Of a DNA stretch of 64,000 nt, positions 13,178 through 24,030 are shown piece by piece (positions within the stretch are counted from its first letter, which is position 1; each line of letters begins with the position of its first letter). Made by a program: the position numbers and the translations under genes. Under the pieces are notes generated by a model. It saw nothing but the letters and a program-made list of their open reading frames with translations. It made no database searches and was not told the DNA's origin. The DNA lies in NCBI GenBank assembly GCA_965603825.1, contig CBFDEM010000052.1, positions 558,001 to 622,000 of the forward strand, in the 5' to 3' direction. The stretch is from Blepharisma stoltei ATCC 30299. Lineage: Eukaryota; Protista; Ciliophora.

Positions 13178-13444
13178 TTAATTGTTGTATGTGGCTATAC
13201 CAAATACGCCGCCATCTCCTATCTCGACAAAACAATTTTTCCTTCTTCTTAATTTCTCTTCTCCAAGTATTATCCCTTCGTGATCAGTCGTCCATGAAAA
13301 TCTTCTCCCTTCACTGGTAGGCAAATCAAGTAAAAAATCAAAATTATACTGATTTGACTTCACAGCTGCACTTTCTCTGAGCTCTCTTTTCATTTCTGCA
13401 ATTAACTCGTCAATTGATGGTATATCTACTAGTAGAGGCAACAT
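13178..13444 (-). CDS. Cip/Kip/KRP-type cyclin-dependent kinase inhibitor (CDI domain), 88 aa
   Basis: DELIAEMKRELRE.....SNQYNFDFLLDLPTSEGRRFSW matches the CDI signature [KW]NFDF..D.PL.GR.[EY]W. Confidence 0.75.
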   Translation of the reverse strand: MLPLLVDIPSIDELIAEMKRELRESAAVKSNQYNFDFLLDLPTSEGRRFSWTTDHEGIILGEEKLRRRKNCFVEIGDGGVFGIATYNN

Positions 13445-13774
13445 ATTTGTAAAATATTTTCGCGGTTATTTTGAATATGGAAAAATAAGGTATTTTTATG
13501 GAAAACGCCTATTTTAGTTGATAACGTCATGAAATAGATAAAATGGGAAGAGTTATGATACATTGAAAAAAATAACTTGAAATAAATTTAAAAAGTCTAA
13601 CTCCTTCTTTTTAATTGATGACGTCGATAGGGATTAATTGAAATATAATTATCAAGGTTATATTTTTTACAATAAACCTTAAATATCTAAATTTACCATA
13701 AGCCTTAATAGAAAAATATCCCACTCCCAACATTTTTGACACTTAATAAATCTGACTAGAAAAATTATAATTAA

Positions 13775-14758
13775 ATGGAATCTTGTCTAGTCTGCTACAT
13801 AGAACATCCTCAGACTGATTTTATTTCCTTATCTTGCGGCTGCCGCTTCTGCAAAGACGTAGTACGAGGTTGGGTGACATCACAACTCATGAAATATTAC
13901 GTCGAGGACTTTTTTATATTATGCCCAAAAGGTGAACGTGGTCATTATATGAACGAAGACGACATCAAGATTTGCCTTTCAGACGAAGAATACACTAAAT
14001 ATCAATTTATTTTGCTTAAAAGAAGTTTGATTCACGATGAGGAATACAAAATTTGTTCCTCAAAAGAGTGCAACGCTATAGGCTGAATTGACAGAAATAC
14101 GTCATGCACTAAACCTTTGATATGTAATGCATGTAAAAATGGATGAATTGACCCATCTTTACAGCCATGGACCTATCGGTCTTATGACACAATAAAAGCA
14201 GTTTATTCAGGCGAAATTGAGCTATGAAGTTTGCTATGAAAAGAACTGTGGACAAAATTATGCCCAATGTGTGGTTTTCCAATAGAAAAAGCTGGGGGTT
14301 GTCCTCATATAATTTGCCAAAACTGCAATCATGAATTTTGCTGAAATTGCTTAGGGGATTATAATAGACATAATTATGGGAAATGTGAGTACCGCTTTGC
14401 GTATAGAGGGATTTATTGGACGTGGATTATCGTGTTTTTGCTACTAAAAATATTTTATTCATCTGAAGTATATTTCCATATTTTCAATTATTTAATGAGT
14501 CAACTAGAAATTTTCTTTATTTCGGCAATAATGATAGCATCTTGTGTGGGAACTCTTTTGCTTGCTTGGTATTTTGTTGTGTCGAATCATAGAATTAAAT
14601 ATGTAGTAGTGGTATTGCTGCCTTTGGCGTTGGTGTCAGATTATATGGTGTTTTCTTATCTTTCACAATTAGATGAGATTGATCGAGTAATGTGACTGCT
14701 TACGGGGCTTGGCACTTGTGGGGTTTCGATTTATGGAGGCTGGAAATTATTGTATTAA
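13775..14758 (+). CDS. RBR (RING-IBR-RING) E3 ubiquitin ligase with C-terminal transmembrane helices, 327 aa
   Basis: RING1 CLVC..CGC.FC..CP; RING2 [28 protein letters not shown](TGA)-NCL; 6 in-frame TGA; ends TAA 14756-14758. Confidence 0.9.
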
Positions 14759-14907
14759 ATAATTATTTCGACACAGCATTTATATAGATAACTAATGAAG
14801 TTTTAAAAATACAATTGATATTATTTTAATATTTTAGTTATATATAATTTCTTCTATTAGAATATCCTATTTGCAGTTTGTAAATCTAGCATAATAATTA
14901 ATTAATA

Positions 14908-16488
14908 CTAAGGAATTGTGCAAAACCTCAGTAAAGAGGTATCACCTTCTATAAACGAGTCCTTGCTACCTCCTACATATATCACTGTCTGTCCTTCCAG
15001 CGCCAAATGATGCTCCTTCGCTATATGAAGCGCGTTTTCCACTAAATGCCCTTCTTCCAGATTATTACTCAAAAGAACCGGATAAACCCCTCTCACGATC
15101 CTCAAAAACCTCAAAGTCTTCAAGCAATCAGTAATCCCTAAAACCATACAAGCTGGCTTATACCTTACGATTTTCTGTGCTGTTTTTCCAGTTTTTGTGA
15201 TACAAATTATTAAAGAAGCCATAGTGCTAGACACCGACCTGACTGCAGAATAACAGACATTTTCAGCAATACTCATAGGCAAAGTCAAATCTCTGAATAT
15301 CAATTCTTGTTCTTCTTCATAATGAATGTGGCCTTCTGATTCTAAAATGATGGACTCTAAGGATTTTACAGCCAAAAGAGGGTTTCTGCCATACGCTGTT
15401 TCACCTGTAAGCAAAATTCCGTCAACTCCGTCAAAAACCATATTGGTGACGTCAGTCACTTCAGATCTGGAGGGTTTCGTGCGGCTTACCATGGATTCGA
15501 GGACTTGAGTTGAGAGCACAACTGGCTTTCCTTTATCATTGCATTTTTTGATAATTGATTTCTGGAGTCTGCAAGCATTAGATAGCCCAGTTTCGACCCC
15601 TAAAATGCCTCTGCCTATAGAAGCTCCATCAGATAAATCAATAAAATTATCAAGATAGCTTACGCTTTCTTTTGTCTGGATCCCAACAAACCTTTTTGTC
15701 TTATGAGGAATCCTTATACTTCATAGACTTTCTAAATCATCTTCTCCTCTAACTTGTTTATAAACAATAACATCAATATCAGCTTGCCCTGCCCATTCCA
15801 GAAGTCTTATATCTTCCATATCATTTGTGATGTCAGGGTCTAAAATATTTGTATTTGAAAAATTCACAGGGATTTGGTCATCAATTACACATCGATTTTC
15901 TACCTTACAAAACACCACCTTTGAATTTTTCGCGGATTTTGGCTTGGATCGCTGATACCGATGAAAACTTGCCGAGTTATGTCTCGGCCCTATAGCAGAA
16001 TGTGTTGCAGGCTGATTTGTCCCTTCCTTATATGAAGTATCTGGTGATTGTGATCTTGACATACAAACTCCTACGTTGAGCACAGTTAAAACGATTTTTC
16101 CAAATTCCAGTAGAAGCTTATCTCCAGGGTGGACAAGATTAGGGAATTCTCTGTTATTGCAGACTGCTACGTTTAAATCATCAGCTAAAGAAGCATCATT
16201 AACGATTTTCAGGACATCTCCTACATTTAAAACAATAGGAACTTTAGGGTCTACACTTCCTATTCTGATATCACTTTCCCTTAAGCTTAAAATCACACAT
16301 ACTTCTCGTTCGGCTTCAATTTCGGCTTCTCGGAGATTTCTCATGATTATATCTTTGTCTTCAGGTCTGATAAATCTTGTGCTTATTCGGATCCCATCGA
16401 CGCCTGCTTTTATTAGCTCTCGTAGGCAGTCTTTTGAGGAAGAAGCTTTACCAATAGTCATAATGATTTTTGTTTTCCTGGTTTCCAT
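14908..16488 (-). CDS. Pyruvate kinase-like protein, probably inactive, 526 aa
   Basis: RKTKIIMTIG, QKSIIKKCNDKGKPVVLSTQVLESM, PSRSEVTDVTN, DGVDGILLTGETAYG, C-domain TKTGKTA..IVRYKP; one TGA at 15721. Confidence 0.88.
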
Positions 16489-16582
16489 TTATAAAAGGCT
16501 TTTTTAGTATCTGCTTAGCTCAAACTTTTAGTATTGTAAAATAATTTTAAGAATATAAAGTTGTATAAAAAAGATTGATATA

Positions 16583-17332
16583 ATGTCCACAACCAACAGT
16601 AATGAATTGTCTATTGACAAGTCAAATGAAAGGCCTAAAACAGTTGGAATCCACCTGAATACTCAGCAGTCAGCAGCCCCTCGCTCAGCCTTTTCTAAAT
16701 CCCTAATGGCTGGTCTCCCCAGCAGCCGCTCTTTGGTGCGTGTCCCTTCTCGTGAAGAAATTAATCAAATTACTGGAACTTTTGTGTCAAGCAAAAAACG
16801 GTCAACTGAGACAAATTTTTATTCAACTTTTTCTTCAGAGTCTCAGAGACTTTATAAGCTCCCAAGACTAGCTTTAATTAAAGCTTTAAAAGGACTTAAT
16901 ACAGGCTCAAATTGATTTAATGATAATGAAGATTTGAATTTGCTTGATACCAGGGGGTCAACTAGATTTTCAGCCAAGCCGGGCACAGCTGGGCAAACAT
17001 GAAATAATATCTTCCCCACACGAAGCGTTCCATTTCAAAAATTCCCTGAAACCCACAGTGAGCGCTTTTCTCTAATAAACCCTCGGCAAGACTCTGAGCT
17101 TGCCAACTACGTCGTCAACTCTACCAATGCCTTCCGTACAGAATGATCTAAACGCCGAGAGCTTAAAGACCGAAAATTTTTCCCCGAGCTTCACCCTGAA
17201 TTTGTTGGTTTTTCCAAAGAGCACGGCCTGAAGCGTGATAGAATTGTAATCTACAGAGAAGAAATGATGAAGGTCAAAAACATGATGAACGAGGCATGGA
17301 CTAAAAAGAAAGGCCCAGGAGCCAAGGTATAA
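16583..17332 (+). CDS. Hypothetical protein, 249 aa
   Basis: Open frame through three TGA to TAA 17330-17332; head-to-head with the PK-like gene (94 nt gap). Confidence 0.75.
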
Positions 17333-17346
17333 TTAAATAAATAAAT

Positions 17347-18546
17347 ATGCATAGACTTTCTCTTATCAGCAATCATTTATCTCAACAACCTGAAGTCTGT
17401 ATAGTTGCTGCTGGAAGATCGCCAATAGGATCATACAAAGGTGACCTATCAGCTTATTTTGCCACTGATTTAGCAGCTTACACTCTCAAAGAAACCTTGA
17501 AAAAGTTCCACATAAATCCCAGCCTAGTCCAAGAACTTTATCTAGGAAATGTGTATCCAGCTGGTCTTGGCCAGTCACCAGCTAAACAAGTAGCTATTAA
17601 AGCTGGCCTTTCTGAGTCTTGTATATGCACAAATGTCAATAAAGTCTGCAGCAGTGGGATGTTTGCAATTAGTTCGGCTGTAATGACGATCAGACAAGGA
17701 TTAGAAGATGTTATAGTGGCTGGTGGGGTTGAAATTATGTCAAATGTCCCTTATTATCAACAAAGAGGAAGCTTGAATAGAGGAGACTCTGTGCTTGTGG
17801 ATGGGCTGCTAAAAGATGGACTAATGGATGCCAGGTATAACATTCATATGGGAGAATGTGCTGAAAGATGTGCAGAAAAATATAATGTGACGAGAGAAGA
17901 AATGGATAATTTTTCTAAAAATACCCATGAAAAAGCTAGAAAGGCTTGGGAAAATGGAAAATTCAATAATGAAGTCATCCCAGTGCCAAATTTAAAGAAA
18001 AAAGGAAACTTCATTGAAAAAGATGCATTAAAACAAGGCGAGCTAAATTTCGGAAAACTAAGACCTGCATTTAGAAAGGAAAACGGCAAAGTTACAGCAG
18101 GGAATGCCTCATCATTAAATGATGGAGCTGCTATGGTCGTGCTATGTTCAAGGGCAAAAGCACAAGAAATGGGGTGGGAAGTCTTAGGAACTATTATGAG
18201 TTTTGCCCACGCAGAGCAAAATAACGTTGAATTTACAACATCGCCAAATTTAGCTGTTAGAAAAGCTGTAGAAAAAGCTGGGCTAAGCTTAGGTGATATC
18301 GAGCTTTTTGAATTAAATGAAGCATTTGCAGTTGTTGGGATTGTTAATACAAGGCTGCTTGGTATTGGGGAAGAAAAAGTGAATATTTATGGAGGGGCTG
18401 TTGCGCTTGGACACCCACTTGGATGCTCTGGAGCTAGAATTGTGATAACTTTACTATCAGCACTAAGACAAGAAGGGAAAAGAATAGGAGTTGCCGGGAT
18501 ATGTAACGGCGGGGGAGGAGCAACTGCATTGGTATTAAAAGTTTAA
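17347..18546 (+). CDS. Acetyl-CoA C-acetyltransferase (thiolase) with N-terminal PTS2
   Basis: NKVCSSG (catalytic Cys), NEAF, GHPLGCSGARI, ICNGGGG; N-terminal RLSLISNHL fits RL-x5-HL. Confidence 0.95.
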   Translation: MHRLSLISNHLSQQPEVCIVAAGRSPIGSYKGDLSAYFATDLAAYTLKETLKKFHINPSLVQELYLGNVYPAGLGQSPAKQVAIKAGLSESCICTNVNKVCSSGMFAISSAVMTIRQGLEDVIVAGGVEIMSNVPYYQQRGSLNRGDSVLVDGLLKDGLMDARYNIHMGECAERCAEKYNVTREEMDNFSKNTHEKARKAWENGKFNNEVIPVPNLKKKGNFIEKDALKQGELNFGKLRPAFRKENGKVTAGNASSLNDGAAMVVLCSRAKAQEMGWEVLGTIMSFAHAEQNNVEFTTSPNLAVRKAVEKAGLSLGDIELFELNEAFAVVGIVNTRLLGIGEEKVNIYGGAVALGHPLGCSGARIVITLLSALRQEGKRIGVAGICNGGGGATALVLKV

Positions 18547-18633
18547 TTGATTTCTGCTTATTTTTGATGCTATAATAGTCTATTTTAGAAACCTTTACAT
18601 TACTTAACTAATAAAAATTGTTATCCTGTACAA

Positions 18634-21276
18634 TTAAGGGCCGAACCCAGGTGGAGGACTAATAGAAAATCCCCCAAAAGAAGAGTGGTATTTTCTATTA
18701 CGATCTGGCACGAATTCCTGGAAATCTTCACTGAGCGCGTTCTTATGGCCTTCTACACTAACCAAATAAGGCCCACGAGCAGGTAAATGATGATACTCAA
18801 CGCTATCCGTCCTATAGTGGGGTGGGTCAGCGCCTTGTAAGGTATTCGACATATCTTCTTCACCCAGCAACGTCTCAATGAATTTCCGCTGTTGTTCTTC
18901 ATGGCCCTCAAAATTATATAAAGGGGAAAAATGGGTATTTGGGTTGTTTTGGAGCTCTGGTGGGAGATTTGATACATTCACAACTTTCTGTTGGGGCTCG
19001 TTGACGTATAATAAATCTCCTGAGTTGGAAAAAATAGAGCTATATGAACCTCTTGTGTATTGGGAGTCGTCTTCGTATGTTTCCTTGTTAAAAACTGACG
19101 ACCTAACCCCTGCTTTGACGATATTTCTGAAATCGCCTTGTCCGGTGATAGAAAACATGCTGGCAGCCCTTCTCTGTACAAAGTCATAAATATTGCTGCA
19201 CTTATAGTCACTTCAATTGATTGGATGTCCAAACTTAGCATGGAGCATCATCTCAACGCGGGATCCTGGGAGTCCTTGTTTGCAGTCATGCAAGATTTCG
19301 TCCATGCTTTTTGAGACCTCTTCTGTGTCTGAAATTGTCTTTTTCTTGCTTGGCTTCCATATCGCAAAAGGATGATTTGTCCCTTTAAGCACAATTTCTA
19401 CATTCGGGATCGTCAATAATAAGTCTTTTAGCTTAGAAAATCCTAGTTCTTGTAGATCTAAATGGAAACTAAGTTTTCTCTTAAGGTACAAAGGAAGCTG
19501 GGCTAGAGAAATCCCGCTTCGATTCTCTTTGAGGACTTCTACGACTGCGAATTGGACAGCTCTAAGCTTGTTAGCGTTATCTTCTTCGTAGTTTTTTTTG
19601 GTCGTCACAGGTGTTCATACTAATAAAGTCCTTTGGTATCTTAACAGATCTTCGTCTATAGCTAGCTGGACCATATAGCTAAGCTTGCCTAAAGAAGAGC
19701 TCTGCAAAGTAGGCGCACAAAGCTTCAAAAATTGCGCACAGCCATATCTCCCTCCAGGTATAGCTGTAGATTCATCTATTTTTGGCCCAGCTGAGGAAAA
19801 ATAGCGCTCTAAAAACTCCACAAAGTTTTGCCATTCTCTTGTCTGCTTTATGTGGAGGACGTCGCCTACCTTGATAAGCTGGTCTACTGACTCCCATTCT
19901 TCGCCTTTAGGAAAGATGACGTGGGTGTCTTGGCCTGTGACTGGGTCATTGATGTCTCTGATTATAAATTCAGGGATTTGGTCTGTGGTAAATAGCGGCT
20001 CAGAGTCACCTTGTTGGTGCATAAAAATTGAAAAATCGATGCCTTGCTTTTCTGCTGGGGCACTTTTGGTATGGTGGTGCTTTTCTTGGTAGAACCCTTT
20101 GCAAGCGTCTAGGAGGTTGTCCCACTGTACAGGTGATGGCTTGAATTCAAAAGCTTCTTTCATACGGGACATTATGGCTCTCTCAGTTGGCATCATTTCG
20201 TCTACTCTTAAAGATCGTAAAGTCCATAGCAAACTTTCCAGGCTGAGACTACTCAGTTTCATGCTAATAAAAGACATTGATTTTATGTTCCCGAACTGTC
20301 TCTCAGTCAAATGGACTATGTCAAGCCTACTTGCAGAATTTATAAAATCCATTGTCCTATCAGAGGATATTCTGAACTTTTGGGAGAAGTATTGGACGAA
20401 TTCTTTGGTTTCGTGCATTATTTGGCCTTTTTCAGCAAGCTCTTTGAGAGCGGACAGGAGTTGGTCGTGGGAAGCGTCTTGTTCAGCTTTTCTGACGAAT
20501 CTTTGCATAACTGGGCAAGCCTCAAGGATCACTACTTTTTCGCCTGGTTTTAGTCCCGATCGGAACTCAGAAAATGAATTTCGCCCTTGGACTGAAGGTT
20601 TCGAAGAAGGCACAGGGATTTTTGTTGGCCCGTCCATTTCTTTCGGCAGCATTTCGACAGGGAATGGGTTTATGGGATAGTAAGTTGACGAAATTAGAAG
20701 TTTCACACTGGGCAAATTCGCTTGAATTTGAGCGAGATGATGCCTTATTTGTATGGCTTGGCTGCAGAGCACCAAAATTTCAGTCAGCCCTTTCGAGCCT
20801 TCAGACGAAATGTCGATAAGCAAAGCTTCAGTTTCCCTTAGACCTTCACAAATAACAAGCTTAACACCAGCTGCTTCAAAGATGTCCTTTCATTTAATGA
20901 ATCAGTCGCCATACGCTTTTATACATTCGACTTTTTGGAATTTTTCTTTTATACTTGTTATGGCAGTTTGCACATCTTCTGGGCGCAACGGTCTACACGT
21001 GTTAAGGTCCCAAAAAACAGCGACGCGGCTTGGTGGGGAAAGCGTTGTAATACTGTGCTTCATATGAGCCTGCTTGCAATTGCTGCATATGCTGATTTGG
21101 CAAGTGTTGCATAATTGGATAGCCGGAGACCTACAGTTTTGGCATAGTGTTTGACGTGTGTGGGTTTTTCGCTTGCCACCACGATGGATGGCGTCGTCAC
21201 AACGAGGGCAAAGGGCTTCGTCACATTCTGAGCAGATAACTTTTGCCTGAATGTTAGAGCATTCCTCACAATTCAT
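18634..21276 (-). CDS. Multidomain protein, 880 aa: 2x B-box, NYN-like, OHA-like, 2x OST-HTH/LOTUS (MARF1/limkain-b1-like)
   Basis: Four track ORFs are in one frame, joined by TGA at 20902, 20890, 19615 and 19213. B-box CEEC..CSECDEALCPRCDDAIH; NYN VAVFWD..IKAYGD; GGRYGCAQFLK..LGKLSYMVQLAI; LOTUS GISLAQLP..L...LDLQELGFSKLKDLLLTIP. Confidence 0.82.
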
Positions 21277-22290
21277 GTTATTATAGATAATTTAAATCAA
21301 CTTTTTAATAAAGAAAAAAGAGAAATTAAATACTTTAAAGGAAAATATGATTTATGTTTAAAGTTAGAAGTGAGGAAGTATTTGGTGCCTTTATAAGGGA
21401 ATAGGAAATTGGGATTTTGAAAAAATTTTTATGAGCCATTTATATGGATTTGAGTGCCATTTGAATACTTTATCAGTAGAAATAAAAGAGTTTAGAAAAA
21501 TGATTTAGATATGCATAGGCAGAATAGGAAAGTAATTCTTCTAAGGATTGGAGATGGTTTGAATAATTTTATTAGGAAATTCAAAAAATATGAAAGAAAG
21601 AATTTCTTAATTATATCGAAAACCTTATTTTTAAAGCTATCTAATAATAAACCTAACTATTATGAATTTTCGGAGGGAAATTATTTCTGTTGAATAGAAA
21701 ATTTTATCTTTAACAATAACAAAGAATAAGTTTTAAGATATCTTACACTTAATTTTGGAGAGTTTTAATCTAGCTTGCATTTGTTTTGATTAAATTTTAT
21801 TACTGAATTTTCAGTCTAAATGGCATATATTTTTATCTTTAAATCGAAAATAATTTGTCAAAATATTCCTCCAGCGTTTCAAATAAATATATCTATGTGC
21901 TGTCAAATAATAATTGTAACTCTCACAATCAGATATTTTTGATCTAAAAATCAGGCTATTTTTTAATAAAAACAAGAATGAAGTTTTACTTTAAATAATT
22001 TCTTTTAGGATAAATAAGCTCCTATGATTTTTCTAGAAAAGAGCCACATCGATTCAACACTTTTTACTTTTAACTATAAGACCATTATGTGGAAGAATTT
22101 ATTATCATATTGAAAATAGCTCACCATTAATGTTTTATAAGGAAAATTGGCTCCTTTTAACCAACTTCCCACAAATCACTCACCGTTTGGAACTAAATAA
22201 GCTAATAAAATAAACTTATTTTTCTTATAATTAATCGCTATAGGAGTTCAGTAAAGCGTTCTATTATTCTCCAATAAATTCTTTAAATTT

Positions 22291-23955
22291 ATGAACATTC
22301 TTAAACAAATCAAAGCAGTTCTCCTAGACAAAGACAGATCAGAATTATCCTCAGCTCAACAGAATAATATTTTTAAGAGCAACCAAAAATCCTCAAAGCT
22401 TGCATTACAGCAGAAAAGGCCTTCTGTTTTATTAACTAAGGAATTACCAATAAACATCCCTAAGGATCTTTCTTGTGAAGAGGAAGAACAAATCATCAGA
22501 AAGCTTGACAAGGCCAAAGATTGCACTGAGTACTATTGGATAGAAGCCCAATGGGTAAAAGACTGGGCTGGGTATATCCATGGAGATAAAGCTCCTGGCA
22601 AGCTGAGAACTTCAAAATTGAGGGATGCCAAAGGTGCCGTTAAGAAGGATTTAAAAATTGGTACCGATTACCGAGCTCTTAACAAGCAGCAATGGCTCTT
22701 TTTATCACACAAATACGGAGCTGAGTCACCCATAATTTCAGCTTCCCCTATATATTTAGAGCCAAACAGTGAAGAAATTGAGCCTGAGGATGCTTTAACC
22801 CCTCGTTTTGATGCTACAAATTTAAAATTGCCTCCAAGCATCAGATCTGATCATTTCAGGTCGAATTCCTGTATTGAAGGAAATCCTAGCCTTAAAAATT
22901 CATTTTTTGAGGCTGAATTATTAGAAGCCAATCCATTATTTTCAATAAGAAAAGAAAGTTTCGAAATTCCGAGCGTGGAAGGGGACGTAAACACTCCGCT
23001 TACTGAAGCAGAAGAAATTGAAATTAAATCAAATAATGAGTCAGCGACAAGGAGCACAGCTAATACTATGAATGAATCGGAGCTCAGCTTCTTGTGCTCA
23101 GGACCTTTTAAAGTAAAATCTGGAAGAGTCGGGCTGGAGAACCCAGGGCTGCTTTGCTATATGAATGCAGGGCTGCAGTTGCTTTTTACGATTCCAGAAA
23201 TTAAAGAAAATTTATTACAGCAAAATATAGATTTTCAAGAAAAAAATTTATTGAAAATCATGAGTGAGCTGGCAAGACAAATTTTTATTGGAAAATCAAA
23301 AAAAATCAGGCCTGAAAGCTTTTGGGACTATATAAGCACCTATTTTCCTTTAAGCAGGCAGCATGATTTGCCAGAGTTTTTGAGGTTTATGATAAATAAA
23401 CTGGAACAAGAGCTCCCAGTCTTTACACAAATTTTTAATGGGAGCACTTGTAGCAAAATTACATGCGATAACTGCTTTCAGGTTTCTAAAAAATATGAGC
23501 GGTTTATCGATCTCCAGTTCGAGCTGAGCTCGTCAGTAGAAAAAAGCTTTCTTTTATTTACAAAAGAAGAGCGTCTCACAGCAAATTATGACTGTGATTC
23601 ATGCAATGAAAAATCCGAAGTTTCCAAGCAATTTAAAATTTCCAAGGCTCCTTCATATTTATTAATCCAAGTTAAGAGGTTCCGACAAATGCCTTATCCA
23701 CACAAAGTGTCAACCTCCTGCAGGTACAAAAAACGAATGAGCATTGAAAATTTTGCAACGGAAAAAAATGAATATGAACTCTTAGGAGTTGCCGTACACA
23801 ATGGGTCAATCGACAATGGACATTATTTGGCATATTGCAAACGAAGCCATTCCTGGTACCTTTTTGACGACGCGAAGTGCACAAAAGTGTCTTTAAAAGA
23901 AGTGCTGAATTTAAATGCATATGTCCTCCTCTATCAAAAAGTCGATCCAAATTAA
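22291..23955 (+). CDS. Ubiquitin-specific protease (DUSP + USP catalytic domain)
   Basis: DUSP YWIEAQWVKDW...PG; Cys box GLENPGLLCYMNAGLQ; QHD; His box HNGSIDNGHY; WYLFDD; AYVLLY. Confidence 0.93.
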   Translation: MNILKQIKAVLLDKDRSELSSAQQNNIFKSNQKSSKLALQQKRPSVLLTKELPINIPKDLSCEEEEQIIRKLDKAKDCTEYYWIEAQWVKDWAGYIHGDKAPGKLRTSKLRDAKGAVKKDLKIGTDYRALNKQQWLFLSHKYGAESPIISASPIYLEPNSEEIEPEDALTPRFDATNLKLPPSIRSDHFRSNSCIEGNPSLKNSFFEAELLEANPLFSIRKESFEIPSVEGDVNTPLTEAEEIEIKSNNESATRSTANTMNESELSFLCSGPFKVKSGRVGLENPGLLCYMNAGLQLLFTIPEIKENLLQQNIDFQEKNLLKIMSELARQIFIGKSKKIRPESFWDYISTYFPLSRQHDLPEFLRFMINKLEQELPVFTQIFNGSTCSKITCDNCFQVSKKYERFIDLQFELSSSVEKSFLLFTKEERLTANYDCDSCNEKSEVSKQFKISKAPSYLLIQVKRFRQMPYPHKVSTSCRYKKRMSIENFATEKNEYELLGVAVHNGSIDNGHYLAYCKRSHSWYLFDDAKCTKVSLKEVLNLNAYVLLYQKVDPN

Positions 23956-24030
23956 GTCGTATATCAAGCGATATAATAACCTAATACATTATTACGAGTA
24001 ATAATTCCTATGTCAAATTAAAAATTATAT

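Noticed and set aside
17327-17354. GT..AG segment that could splice the upstream gene onto thiolase
   Set aside because: 28 nt, outside the 15-16 nt class, and thiolase has its own intact PTS2 N-terminus.
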